Shown: positions 27,321 through 40,999 of the stretch, one piece after another
Layout: each line of letters begins with the position of its first letter
How positions within the stretch are numbered: the stretch's first letter is position 1
Assembly: GCA_951406725.2 (NCBI GenBank)
Contig: OX597814.1
Coordinates: 25,482,001-25,546,000 of the forward strand
Length of the DNA: 64,000 nucleotides
Source of the DNA: Octopus vulgaris
Lineage: Eukaryota
Reading direction: 5' to 3'
Translations under genes and position numbers: made by a program
Notes under the pieces: generated by a model
Database searches by the model: none
What the model saw: only the letters and a program-made list of their open reading frames with translations
What the model was told of the DNA's origin: nothing

Positions 27321-29010
27321 GATTTATACTTGAAGGATTATGATTGGCATTGGAAAATCACTATTTTCTTTTTGGCAACCAATATTATCTACAAATACAA
27401 GACATGACAATGGGAACGAAAGTCGCACCAACACTAGTAATGGGATTCCCAGAAGAAAAAATTCATACTTATCTGAAATTACTTTTGATCAATATTTCCA
27501 ATCCTATTCAATTGGAAACTGGAAAAGATTCCTGGGTGGTCACTTCATACTTTGAACAAAAGCAAGGAGAACTTTACAAAATTCCTTCAGTTAATAAATA
27601 GCATTTATGAATTCGATCAAGTTCACTAGAAATGAATGGAAGAGAACTTCTTTGCCTGGACATCCCGATCATTAAGAATAATGAGACAGTTATAACCGGT
27701 ATCTACTGAAATGACGTATACAGCTGTATTTAGATTTAAGATCTTGCCAACCATCCCACATTGAAAGGAACATCCCATTCAATATGGCAAGACTTTTATG
27801 CTCAATAGTTACAGACACAAATAGATGAAAGAAACGACTTGTAGAACTTAACATGTTCCTTCAAAAATAGAAATACTTCAAAAGTCTAATAAATCATACT
27901 GTTACAAGTGCAAAAGAAATCCTAATTTCTATATTACAAAAAGAATAAAATCTCAAAAAATTGCTAACACAGTGAGATTCAGAAAGGAGAAAGAAATAAT
28001 GCAGGTAACAAACTGTGGAGACCTTCGTTGTGGGACGTGTAAAATAATAGAATAAGGAACAACCAAAAGATTCAAGAATCTGAAAAACCTGAAAGGGAAT
28101 GAAAATATGAATAGCAAAAAATAATTCCCATCTGCAATGAGAATTAGTTCAGAGAAACAGGATAAAAATTAACTAGGTGCACGAGAGTACACAAACAACA
28201 AATTAAGCATTTGTTGCTTAGAAATGTTCCATGTTTGGACATTTAGGCATTTTTTGCAAATGAAAATTTCCAAAATATTTACATTTTCCAAAATTAACGA
28301 TGAAAATGATCACCTACGAAAGGCAAAAGAAAATTTCTTTACCAGAATTCTAAACTCAAAATAAAACTGGAAATAGTCACACCATCACTAAAAATAACAT
28401 CCTTTATACGGATTGAACCAGAATACATGTGTTTGAAAAGTTGAACAATGAAAGCTCTTACACACAGTTCAAAAGCTTCTTTCCAAAATGTTTGTGTCAA
28501 TCTGTTTTACAAAAATTTATTAATAGTTAAGCACTCTTAAGAAAATCTTTCTTTAAATATTGTGACTGTATCAAGTGTTTTTTGCATCTGTGTATTTTGA
28601 TGTATATATGTATATTATATATGGTCTAGTATGGGTGTATACTGTTGTAAAATATTTATGCAATGCAGCATGAAAATTTTAATTTTAATGTATTACTTGA
28701 ATTATATTTCGTATGTGATTATTTACAATATGTATTTTGAATCCACTCATCGATTTAAGGTTTTCTTCGATTTTATAATAAAATGAATTTATATTGAATT
28801 CATTTATTTTGTTCATTGCATGCTTAAGACCGTTAATTGAAAGGACCAATGAAACAAATCCATTTTTAAAGGTGTTTCCTTTAACTAGTTTTTGGTTAGA
28901 TCGTTATTTCTGTTCTATTTTAACAAAACCTGTCTGACGAACGGGAACGTGAAACTCTGAGTAACAGCTTTTGTTATATTTCTGCTACTTTTTAATAAAG
29001 TATAAATATA
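27320..29010 (+). mobile_element. 5'-truncated Penelope-like element: RT C-terminal part, GIY-YIG remnant, 3' region with HHR
   Basis: ENHYFLFGNQYYLQIQDMTMGTKVAP, LDLRSCQPSHIERNIPFNMAR, CGDLRCGTC linker, RETG...RVHKQQI. Many disablements; hammerhead at 28921-28976. Confidence 0.88.
28921..28976 (+). ncRNA. Minimal type I hammerhead ribozyme, canonical core
   Basis: Stem I TAACAAAACCTGT/ACAGCTTTTGTTA (12 of 13 pairs), CTGACGA at 28934-28940, stem II ACG-GGAA-CGT, GAAA at 28951-28954, stem III ACT-CTG-AGT, GUA site at 28961-28963. Confidence 0.85.
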
Positions 29011-29210
29011 TATAAAATACATGAATGTACATCTCTGTGAAGCCACTTGGTTTACTGAGACAATTATTGAAAATTTCTCTATTAACATCGTTACTAGAAA
29101 GAAAAGGCTGCAGATTATCTAATAGATCTTAAATTATACAACATAGAGGATAAATGAAAGTAACTTACAGAGAAAGCAATGGAACTTCACTCTATGTATG
29201 TGTGTGTATG

Positions 29211-29259
<49 letters not shown>

Positions 29260-29552
29260 ATTTATTCGTATGTATATATGTGTATGTATTAATATGTATG
29301 CATCCATCTATAAATATATAGATACGCACCCATATCGTCCTGAATTTGTTTTGCAAAAATTCTATATGATACTGTATTAAAGCCAATACTGTAACTTGGA
29401 ATAGGTTTACTACCAATGAACACATGTATAAATTGTAGTTTAGATTTATTGATAAATTTTGTCATAAATTTTTTGTTACAATAGTGTAACCTTTTCAATG
29501 ATTTCAAATTCTCGAACCTATTTTCTTTTTTGTGTATTTTATTTGGCCAAGT

Positions 29553-29555
<3 letters not shown>

Positions 29556-29591
<36 letters not shown>

Positions 29592-29671
29592 GAGTGTATT
29601 TTTACCTTGTTAACAATTAACATGGAAAGTAAAAATATTTGATTACACCTGCGTTAAGCTCCATTTATTTA

Positions 29672-29710
<39 letters not shown>

Positions 29711-29792
29711 GAGTGTATTTTTACCTTGTTAACAATTAACACGGAAAGTAAAAATATTTGATTACACCTGCGTTAAGCTCCATTTATTTATT

Positions 29793-29838
<46 letters not shown>
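29556..29838. repeat. Tandem duplication with 119-bp period, units separated by (TA)n
   Basis: AAATAGATGAGTGTATTTTTACC...CTCCATTTATTTATTCA starts at 29584 and 29703, with one visible substitution. Confidence 0.92.
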
Positions 29839-29844
<6 letters not shown>

Positions 29845-30119
29845 CAAAACATTTGAGTCTGTTGTTCTACAAATGTTTTGATTCTATTGTGCGAGATTTT
29901 ATTTCTTTATTTTTGTTTTCTTTGGTGCCGACATATGAATGTGTTTATACTCTGTAGCTTGTGTATATAAGTATATAGTTTGTAGATGTGTGACTGTGCT
30001 TTATGTGCATGATGACAAATTTTTATTTTATCATTTTACCTCTACTACTATGGCAGTAGTTGGTGGGTTTTGGTTGTGAAGTCGTTACTCTATCTATTCT
30101 TTATATTAAAGGTGTATGT

Positions 30120-30800
30120 GGAATCAGAAACTACATCCAGTTTGTGTTCTGGTTCAATAATATCTTTTGGATCTTTGGGAAGAATTTTCATTTCAACATT
30201 GTTTATTGATGCATTGTTTATTGATATGGTATTTTCATTGAGTATGAATATCTGTTTCCTTTTATTGTATTCATACCTGTGTTTTCCAATCCTTTCAGTT
30301 GTACTCTATGTTGTCTCTTCTATATAGGTTGTAATGGTATCCTTACACTACTCTTCTATGCAAATCATGTGATACAATATATCCCTAGTTTTGCTGGTCA
30401 TCTGTGGATTGGGAATGTTCACATTCTGCAGTGTTACCAATATATAAGTTTTTTTTTTTTTCTGAAAAGAGTATGATTTACATACTCAATGGAAATCCTG
30501 TTTCCCTATTTCTCTGATTTTAAGTTTTATTCCGTATGGCATTTTCTTAAATTTATGAAACATCTCGCTCGTGGGTGTAACATCCACGAGAGTGCCATGT
30601 CACTTCCTTTCTTCATATTTCAAACCTGTTCAAAAATTTTCTACTGGATATGACACTTTCCATTTCTATCATTGATGACAATGGTTGATGTCTAGTGAAA
30701 ATAAGGAATAGATTTTCTCTTACCTTCTCTATACATTCTGATTGGTTCCATCGGTTCTACCCAAAGCTTTACATGTAGCAGATGAAACTTAATATGTGCT
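30120..30800 (-). mobile_element. Highly decayed GIY-YIG region of another Penelope-like family
   Basis: Minus strand IYCIT ... YIEET ... RIGKH motifs and an upstream IPY; frames broken. Confidence 0.5.
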
Positions 30801-32049
30801 TTCATGTTTAACGGGATGGATGCATACAAGAATGATTTCTTATCACATCTTTCTGTTGCTATCAATAAAGGTAAAACTAAGCAAATGAAAATATAAACAG
30901 ACACAATGCAACCAAAATTGTAATACGACAATATACATTCACAAACTTGATACTGTGTTGATAATGCTTGTCTACATACCATACATAATAAATATGTATT
31001 GGAATTGGTGAAAATGTTGCAATAGTGGACAAAAAAAACAATGAAACTAAACCTGAAGTGCAATATAATAAATGCGTGTGTTTATTAGCAGTATGGTCAT
31101 CTAAAAGTACAACCATGCGCAGGCACACACATATATAATGTGATGGAGAGTATATTGAATAGAATATACAAGAGATCATTAATTTATTGAAATTTTCATT
31201 ATGAACCAAGAAAGAAAACAAACACTCAGTGGCAATTATTAGCCCCACTAGATAAGAAAGAGAAAGAATTTCAAGTAATTGGGAATAAATTCAAGAATGA
31301 TTGAAAATGCTTAGGGAAAAGGAAAATCTGATGTTTGTTTCAGAAGTGAAAGACAACTGTGTTTTGCTGATTCAATTTGGCCAAATTAACATAGTTTTTT
31401 CATACTTTTCTCTGATGAATTATAGTCAACTTAATACAATATCCTCCTGTGACAATAAGGGAAATTTTCATAAATTCAGACGTTGTTGTGTTTGGCATTC
31501 AGTACATCTTAATTTTGTTATCTAAATTTATGCAACTAGCCCCTTTGAGTGATTTTCTCTAAACTCCTTTTTGATTTTTATTAAGGAAAAATTACCTTTG
31601 ACCAAGAATGTACTGAAATCTTTTTGTAATGTAAAATTGTCCAAAAAGAACTGGGAACGTGTAGCACAATGCTACTTTGGTGATGTTTTGTCTTCCCACC
31701 ACTTCAAATTTTTGTATATGTATTATTGCAATTTTCAGGCTTCTCTGAATTTAGTAATGTTTGAACGAGTATTGGGAGACTGGAAACATTTCAGTCAAGC
31801 TTGGATGCATTACTCTAGTAGTGGTACTTTCACAATGAATAGTGTTAATGTTTTCAAGTTGGTTTTCCTAAGCATTGTCCTGTGTCATATACCATCGCAT
31901 GATGCGAAGACCATCGTTCATTTATACTTCCTGTTTTTCACTTCTTTTCCTCATGAACCCAGAACCTCATTTAATATCCCTTTCCAGAGTACACTTTACA
32001 TTCCTATACACCAATTTCTCTATTGCTTGTTTAATGGATTTATAAGTTC

Positions 32050-32432
32050 CATTAGTTGGCATGTAAAAGCACCATCCACTTGTGTCCGTTGCCAGCCTCG
32101 CCTGGCCCCCGTGCCGGTAGCATGTAAAAGCACCATCCGTTCATGTCCGTTGCCAGCCTCACCTGGCTCCTGTGCCGGTGGCACGTAAAAACACCATCCA
32201 TTCGTGGCCGTTTGCCAGCTCTGTCTGGCACCTGTGCAGGTGGCACGTAAAAAGCACCCACTACACTCACGGAGTGGTTGGCGTTAGGAAGGGCATCCAG
32301 TCATAGAAACACTGCCAAATCTGACTGGGCCTGATGAAGCCTTCCGGCTTCACAGACCCCATTTAAACCGTCCAACCCATGCTAGCATGGAAAACGGACG
32401 CTAAATGATGATGATGATGATGATGATGATGA
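32050..32432 (+). mobile_element. RTE LINE 3' UTR/tail with three internal subrepeats of about 58 bp and a (GAT)n tail
   Basis: Repeated GCAYGTAAAAGCACCATCC...CCGTTGCCAGCCTC units, then GTTGGCGTTAGGAAGGGCATCCAG...GGAAAACGGACGCTAAA(TGA)n. Confidence 0.8.
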
Positions 32433-33309
32433 TTAGAGGGCTACTGTGAAGGTAATCTTGGATCAAAGCATTTGCTGGTCAGTATTATAGTTTGTTTCTC
32501 ATGTCATCTGTGTAATATGTATGTCACTTCCATCCAATACATTTACAGAGCAAAATTAAAAAAGTCATTGAGTGACAAAGCTAAAGATTTTATCTCGGGC
32601 AGGAATCTCCAGACTTGTCCAAAGACTCTCACCAAGAAGAAAACCACTGGTCTCTCTGAAGCACTGAACCTTCTAATCCCTTCAATATCTGTGTGTCTGT
32701 ATGCTCACTCAAGTATATGTGCGTATGTTTCTGTGTGTGCATTTGCAAGTGTGTATATGTTTGTGTGCATTTAGTACACAATTAGTGAGAGAGGATTTCT
32801 TTGACTCTTAATGATATAGGCGCAAAAGATATTACATTTACAATATTACATTCTACCTTCAACAGGTTGTCAATAAAAAGTGGTTTATGATATTTAGTGT
32901 AAAAATACAATTGATGCAATTTACATAATAGAGAGAGGAAATAACTAATTATAAAATGGGATCAAAACAGCACATAAAAGGAAGCAAATAAACTACTGCA
33001 GGAATTATTATATTATATTATATTAAGCAGGAAATCGATAATAGAATGAGCAAAACATTAAATGACTTATAGAATGTTTCAGGCTGAAAAGCATATTGGA
33101 TATCACTGCCTCTATTATATTATTTGTGATAAGGGATGTATTAGAAATTACCCTAGTTTTTCTGTTATTAAATAGAGAAGGAAGAGATGTGACCATTATA
33201 TTTGTAGGCTTTCAATGACAGGTAAGACTAGTGAAGTTAATTTTTAGGTTTGAAAACACATCTGTAAATCGATATTTGCATTAAAATGTAAGCATAAAGG
33301 AAAATCCAG

Positions 33310-33480
33310 AATGTTGAGACTCTGGGGAAGAATAATTGGATGAAGCAGTCAGTGCCGAAGAGTGTAGCACATAAGGAGATGTCAAGAAGGAGGAAATCAT
33401 GTAAGTTGTAAACAGCTAATTGAGAGGAGCAGTGCCCATTGTATTACTCAGAAAAGATAAATAGAGAGCAAAAAGGACAT
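33310..33480 (-). mobile_element. Decayed CR1/L2/Jockey-group LINE C-terminal remnant
   Basis: Minus strand YNGHCSSQLA; a similar GCCSSELAELV occurs on the + strand at about 43955-43990. Short motif only. Confidence 0.4.
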
Positions 33481-34662
33481 TCTGCTGGATATTGGTTGTA
33501 ATATGTTGATACTTCATAGTAATAATAAAAAGGATTTCTGATTTGTGCACAAGGTAAGCAACATTCAGGGGAAGGGATAAGATGATGTTGTTATGGCTTG
33601 TTGCAGTATTTTCCTGGTCCTATGCTGGAAGAAGAGAATCTTCTATTTCTTGGAACTCTATTTTCTTGTTGACTCCTGATATTGAAGATAGTTCTAACTA
33701 GCCTCATAATTTTGACCACTGGTGCATAGAAAATGACTTCTAGGATCATCTGTTGTAATCACTACTTCAGCTATTTCCTTCTGCCATCTTTTGTTCTTTA
33801 CTTTACGTCCTTATCTTGACAGAAACTACTCAAGTAGCTTTTATTCCAGTACGTATAACAACTGTCTTTTCCTTCTGATTATGACAAAATATTTATTAAA
33901 AAGTTTTAATAGAAATGTCTGTTATTCCATTTTCTTGGTTGATATATTTTATTCTTACTCTCCTTTACTAGTTGCATTTAGTGGAACCTGGGATGCTAGG
34001 GTTCCACTATTAATACTATTGCAACCTTTCAGCTATGTTTAATTTTTGGTGATTAAAGAACATAAAGTTACAGCCCTCAGTATGTAGATCTTGCTTTGAT
34101 ATATGAAAATCTTAGCTCTTACACATTAGGAGCTTTAAATCTTGTCAGAATATGTTGAGATCTAAAATGTGTTAAATCCCTGTGCTTTAAGGGAGGCTAT
34201 TAAGAGATATGGTCGTTTGAACACAAAAATATTGCAATCTCGAATATGTATCCTAATAAAATTTATATTTTTCTAGTTTACTGTCCTCATCTTTAATGTG
34301 TTAATTGACAATATTATACCTAGATGCCATTCTAATGTTTACTAAATTGTTTCTAGTATATGATTCTGAAATATATCCATAAGTACTAGGCCATCGTAGC
34401 CTCATGTTGACTAACAGATTGTGAGTGGCAATTGGTATCTTTGATCTTTTACTTGTTTCAGTTATTAGACTGCAGCCATATTGGGACTTGAAGAAATTTT
34501 GTTGAAAGAATTGACTCCAGTACTTTTTTGAAGCTTGGTACTTACTTTAAGCCTAGTACTTACTCATTTGCTGAACTGCTAAGTTACTAGGACATAGACA
34601 CATCAAAGCCAGTTGTCAAGGGTGATGGGGAACAAACACGGATAAAATGACATATGAATATA

Positions 34663-35083
<421 letters not shown>

Positions 35084-35721
35084 CTACAGACATATTTTAG
35101 ATTTCCATGTATCAAATCCACTCACAAGGCTTTTGTCAGCCCAAGGATATAGTAGAAAACATATGCCCAAGATTCCATGCAGTAGGACTGAACCTGGAAC
35201 TATGTGACTAGGTAGCAAACATTTTACCACACAGACATGCCTGCACCTGATAGACAGAAACTGTGATGAAGCTCACTATGTACATATGTGTGTGTGAGTG
35301 CGTGTGTATATATGTTTTGCATGTGTGTGTGTATGTGTGCCAGAGAGAGAGAGAGAGAGTGTATGTATGCATGAAAACACTTACCCACTAGTTAGGATTT
35401 GGGGTTCATAGTCATAAATTTGTAGGTTTGATTCTTGAGCAAGGAGCTTCATTTTATGCTGATTCCATATACTCAGCTGAAATGAATATCGGCCAAATGC
35501 TGTTGCACTACTTTTAGCTTTCACATCCTGAATTTTTTGCTGGGTTAAGGAGAAGGAGACTGAGAGGGTTCTCATGTCTGCTCTTGACTTTATAGTTATT
35601 TAAAACAATCAGTAAAAGTCTGGTGCATGTAGCAAGTTATCATTAATTCCAAGTGATGGCCAGAATAGTAGTTGTAGTAGTAGTAGATGAATATTTCTAT
35701 GTATGTGTCATATTTGTTTTT

Positions 35722-35886
35722 AGGTGTAGGAGTGGCTGTGTGGTAAGTAGCTTGCTTATGAACCACATAGTTCCGGGTTCAGTCCCACTGTGGGGGGCAC
35801 CTTGGGTAAGTGTCTTCTACTACAGCCTCAGGCTGACCAAAGCCTTGTGAGTGGATTTTGTGGACAGAAACTGAAATAAGCCTGTC

Positions 35887-35934
<48 letters not shown>

Positions 35935-36160
35935 GTGTGTGTATTCCTTTTTGGTTTGTCTGTGTTTGTCCCCCCAACATCGCATGACAACCTATGCTGG
36001 TGTGTTTACATCCCCGTAACTTAATGGTTTGGCAAAAGAGACCAATAGAATAAGTACTAGGCTTACAAAGAATTAGTCCTGGGGTCGATTTGCTCGACTA
36101 AAGGCGGTACTCCAGCATGGCCACAGTCAAATGACTGAAACAAGTAAAAGAGTAAAAGAG
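35722..36160 (+). mobile_element. tRNA-derived SINE, family A, full length
   Basis: Same head, body and tail as 11771-12197; ends in AGTAAAAGAGTAAAAGAG. Confidence 0.9.
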
Positions 36161-36240
36161 TTACTTTTACTAATCTTGTGTCAAGTTGCATCCTTTTATG
36201 TCAACTTAGCAATTCAATACATAGGTACAATAAAAACAAA

Positions 36241-36742
36241 TACCTATTTCTTTATTACCCACAAGGGGCTAAACATAGAAGGGACAAACAAGGACAGACA
36301 TAGGTATTAAGTCGATTTACATCGACCCCAGTGCGAAACTGGTGCTTAATTTATCGACCCCGAAAGGATGAAAGGCAAAGTCAACCGTAGCGGAATTTGA
36401 ACTCACAACGTAATGACAGACGAAATACCACTTAGCATTTTGCCCGGCGTGCTAACGATTCTGCCAGCTGGCCGCCTTTTTTTTTTCTTTTTCTTTTTCT
36501 TTTTTCTTACCTATTTCTTTATTAACCACAAGGGGCTAAAGACAGAGGGGACAAACAAGGACAGACATAGGTATTAAGTCGATTACATCGACCCCAGTGC
36601 GTAACTAGTACTTAATTTATCGACCCCGAAAGGATGAAAGGCAAAGTCGACCTCGGCGGAATTTGAACTCAGAACGTAATGACAGACGAAATACGGCTAC
36701 ACATTTCGCCCGGCGTGCTAACGTTTCTGCCAGCTCGCCGCC
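36241..36742 (-). mobile_element. Head-to-tail dimer of family B SINE within one target-site duplication
   Basis: Two units of about 235 bp (GGCGGCGAGCTGGCAGAA...TGAGTTCAAATTCCGC...CTTTCATCCTTTCGGGGTCGATAAATTAAG) joined by an A-rich linker. CAATAAAAACAAATACC occurs at 36228-36244 and 36742-36758. Confidence 0.88.
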
Positions 36743-38375
36743 AATAAAAACAAATACCAACCAACTTAATTTCACTGATCGACTATCATTTGATTAACTA
36801 AAAGACTTGAATCTTGAATGCTGTGTTTCTGCATGATCTCAGGTGAATGACTGAAACTTAACAAAAGACTAAAAGTCTACCTTTTTTTTCCCTGTGACAA
36901 CCATTTTCCAGTGACTTGGAATTGACCTGAGAAGGCACCCGGCTACATGGTCGTACTTGTGCATACACTCCACTCTCTTTTAGCAAGTACTGTATGTGGT
37001 CAAATGTTTTTTTTTTCAGCAAATGATAGCATACTTACAAGTTTTTATTATATTACTTTTTAGAGTGTTTTGTTTTATGGTAATTACAAGTTTAGAGTCA
37101 ACGATCCTGATCTGCAACTAAAAGCTCTCTGATTGCATCTTTAATTTCCTGCTGCTTGGTGATAGGTGGATAACAGCAAAGTCACAGTGAAGTTTATTAA
37201 TCTGTGTTGTGTATTTGACATAAAGTTGTTTATTTTCCATCATTTTTTCTATTAATTAATATTGATTTGCTGTAATCAATATTGATTTCCTTTAATCAAT
37301 ATGGATTATTTTTTTTAAAAATCCATGTTGATTCATCACCATCATCCTCATCATCATCACCTTCCTCATCATCACCATCTTCATCATCATTGTCATCAGC
37401 ATTATTGTTGTCAATGTCCTTGTTGTCATAACCCCACCATCACCATCCCCATCATCATCATCATCATCATCATTATCATTATCATCATCATCATCATCAT
37501 ACTCATCATCATCATCATGGCTTTGGAATGCAGTGAATGTAGTCTTCTTGATTTCCTATTGAGTCTCTTCAGTTAACTTTCACCTTCATATATTGAAGCT
37601 GTATTTTGATAACAGTGAAAGGTAGTATTGTTATGCATATAATCTTATTTCTGGCCATCAGCTTGGTATTTTAAAATCAGTTTAACTTTTCTGCAATATT
37701 TCTTCCTAATGTCCTCATTCATTTCTGTATTTTACATCAGTTTTATCTGTCTCTAATTATCAGTAAGTGGTTCTATTCTAAGTCTCTGATTTCAGTGTAT
37801 CTACGTTTATATTGATGATGCATTCAATTTTACCATTCCTCTTCTTTAAGTAGTTTTTGGCACATTTGTTTAATCCTATACCCATGTTGATATCACAACT
37901 TAATGTAGATTTCATTATTGTTAGAGAAACGTTTCTGACCAATTTACATACATAATTATAATGAAAATGCTACCGAACACTATATCATTGAAATATATAC
38001 TAAAATTGACAAGAAATTTCTCAGTAATTTTAATATTATCAAGTGTAAGCAATATATTAGACTTTTTTTACGTATAAAACATATGACATACTTCAGAGTT
38101 CTATGTATTTTCATTGAAATAATAAAAAAAATATTAAAATAAAATAATATTGTCCACAGACTTTACTGAAAAACTGAAACATATAGTGAAAACTTTTCTG
38201 CTTTTTTTTTTTCTATTATTATTTAATATATTTTATCTCTAAATGCAAGTTATAAAAAAAAAAAACCTTCATCTTTCTTCAGAATTTTTTTTTTTTTTTT
38301 TTGGCACATAACACCAGTTATTTTCATTTTGAATGATTGTATTATATAAATGATTGATTGATTACGACGACAGTC

Positions 38376-38429
<54 letters not shown>

Positions 38430-38430
38430 T

Positions 38431-38518
<88 letters not shown>

Positions 38519-38550
38519 AATGATGATGATGATGATGTTGATGATGATGA
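38376..38550. repeat. (GAT)n microsatellite
   Basis: Directly visible; source of the poly-D/M/H/I ORFs. Confidence 0.97.
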
Positions 38551-39190
38551 CAGCTATAATGATTATGGGGGTGATGAAGAGGAAGAAATAACGTTGGTTG
38601 TGATGATAATGAGGAAAAAGGAAGGGAAAAACGGAAGGAAAGGAGGATAAAGAGGACAATATAAACAATGTTGATTGAAAAACAATAACAAGAGTATATA
38701 ATAATGATTATTAAAAACAAATATTAATAATAATATTTCTTATGAATATGATCACCATCAACATCGCCATCATTATAAAACTGACAGTGATAATAATGTG
38801 CACTCAGTTATATTTGATAGAAATATAGGGAAATAAATGTAAGTATATCAATTTTCCATAGTTGCCAATGTCAGTCTCTTCTAATTCATCTTCAACTTAT
38901 GTTTCAAATTATGTTTCCCCCAAAATAAATTAACTCAAATACAAAAACAAAAAAAAAAACCTTGCAAAGTATCACATACACATATATGAACAGGTTTCTG
39001 TGTGTGTTTGTGCACATGAGTGAACACACACACACACACACACACGCATGCACATACATCCATATATATACATATACATACATATATATATGCATATATA
39101 CATAGATACTTATATATGCATATATATACATTATATATATGTATATATATATATGGATGTGTATATATGTATATATAATATAATACAAAT

Positions 39191-39240
<50 letters not shown>

Positions 39241-39267
39241 ATGCATACATATATTTATGTGTGTGTG

Positions 39268-39384
<117 letters not shown>

Positions 39385-39815
39385 TTACATACTGTGTAAG
39401 TTCATAAATTAAAAGCAATAAAATTTAATAAACAACAAGGGTCAGTGGAACTTCTGCCCACTTCAACTATATTGTTCTAAGAAACAATATTGGACAACAA
39501 TATTTTATTGAAAAATGAACCAAAATTGGCAAGAAAACTTCTCACTATCTACATTATATTATTGTGAGAAATATTACTATGCAATAAATTTCAATTTAGA
39601 ATATTTAAAGTAAACATTCTGGTATTGTTAAATAAATATCATTAAAGGTAGTAGTGTCACCCAGGAATTTGACAGAACTAATGAGAGTTATTCAGTCTTT
39701 TATTCACTGAGCGAATCTTGAAACTGATAGTTTCTTCCTTTGTGCATAAAACTTATAAACACTAACATAGATAAATATGTATATAAATACATACATACTA
39801 ACATATATATATATA

Positions 39816-40211
39816 CTAGCAGTATCGCCCGGCGTTGCTCGGGTTTGTAAGGGAAATAAATTATATAAGCATTTTTAGAGATGTAAAGTATAATAGCAAT
39901 CTCAATATGGCTAACCACAAAGGGGGAGGGGTGTTACTGTAGCTTTTTACGTTCTGAGATTTAATAATAAATTTTAGAGAGTTACTTCCCTTATATATGT
40001 CAAAAATGGATTAAAAATGGGAAAAATTGATGGTAAATTTTTTTTTAAATCGTAGACTCATCGTAGACGCGCGCTAATACCCAGACGGTCTCGATATGAA
40101 TCACGACTATAAGATACCCGGTTTTGGTTAAACTGCACCGCAAAATGTGGGAGTAGTTAGGAATCTAAATCGTAGGAGACAGACACACAACCTCACTTTT
40201 ATATATAAAGA
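39816..40211 (-). mobile_element. Non-autonomous Helitron
   Basis: The minus strand starts TCTTTATATATAAAAG and ends with a CCCGAGCAACGCCGGG hairpin then CTAG. It lies between A and T with no TSD. Confidence 0.82.
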
Positions 40212-40375
40212 TTTCCTCTATTTACATAATATTGAGGTCTCTTTCTTTCTTTTGTTATCTTACTGTTTTTACCAATATACATATATATATATATATATAA
40301 ATATATATATAGTTACAGAGATGTACTTGCATAGCAAGTGACTTGATCTGAGATCGTGTGCTGGAACGAAAACAG

Positions 40376-40634
40376 TTGCAGCGTTGAAGGTGTTTATAAG
40401 CCATTTAAGAAACACACAAAAACCGTTAGATTCACTTCAACATTTAAATTTAATTTGTGAAAATATTTTCGTCGCTTTGAGACCGCGACCTGTTAGCACG
40501 ATATTTTTGTCAGTGAACAGGTCGCGGTCTGAAAGCGACGAAAATATTTTGGCAAATTAAATTTAAATGTTGAAGTGAATGTAACGGTTTTTGTGTGTTT
40601 CTTAAATGGCTTACAAACACCTTCCACGCTGCAA
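40376..40634. repeat. Fold-back element (119-bp arms, 21-nt spacer) between TA-rich tracts, probably PLE-derived
   Basis: 40376-40494 is the reverse complement of 40516-40634 with a few mismatches. The element extends left to about 40310. Confidence 0.9.
40506..40556 (+). ncRNA. Candidate variant type I hammerhead with a G3-C8 core
   Basis: Stem I TTTGTCA/TGGCAAA, core GTGAACA at 40513-40519, one extra G, stem II GTCGC/GCGAC, GAAA at 40540-40543, palindromic stem III AATATT, site UUU. Confidence 0.55.
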
Positions 40635-40999
40635 TATATATATACACACATATATATATATGTATGTATGTATGTATGTGTGTATATGTGTATGCATGTA
40701 TGTGTGTGTGTGTGCGTGTCTGTGCTTGTGATTGTCCTCCACCACTGCTTGACAACGAATGTTGGTTTGTTTACATCCCTGTCACCTAGTGGTTTGACAA
40801 AGGAAACAGATAGAATAAGTACAATGCTTACAAAAATAAAACTGGAGTTGATTCATTAAACTACAATTCTTCAAGGCATTGCCCCAGCATGGCCACAGAC
40901 CAATGGCTGGAAAAAGCAGAAGAATAAAAGAATACATTCTCTGCTTTGGTCATATGTTGAAGGCATGAAAAAGCTTGAGTTTACATGAGAAGGCCTAAC

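Noticed and set aside
31571-32188. Longest ORF in the window (205 aa)
   Set aside because: Non-ATG start, no recognisable domain, and it runs into an RTE 3' UTR.
32331-32360. CTGATGA followed by the hairpin AGCC-TTCC-GGCT as a possible hammerhead
   Set aside because: No GAAA or stems I/III follow; the homologous RTE-tail copy near 42105 reads CCGGTGCAGCC here.
38250-38720. Poly-His, poly-Asp, poly-Met and poly-Ile ORFs
   Set aside because: All are frames of one (GAT)n tract, with no evidence of coding context.
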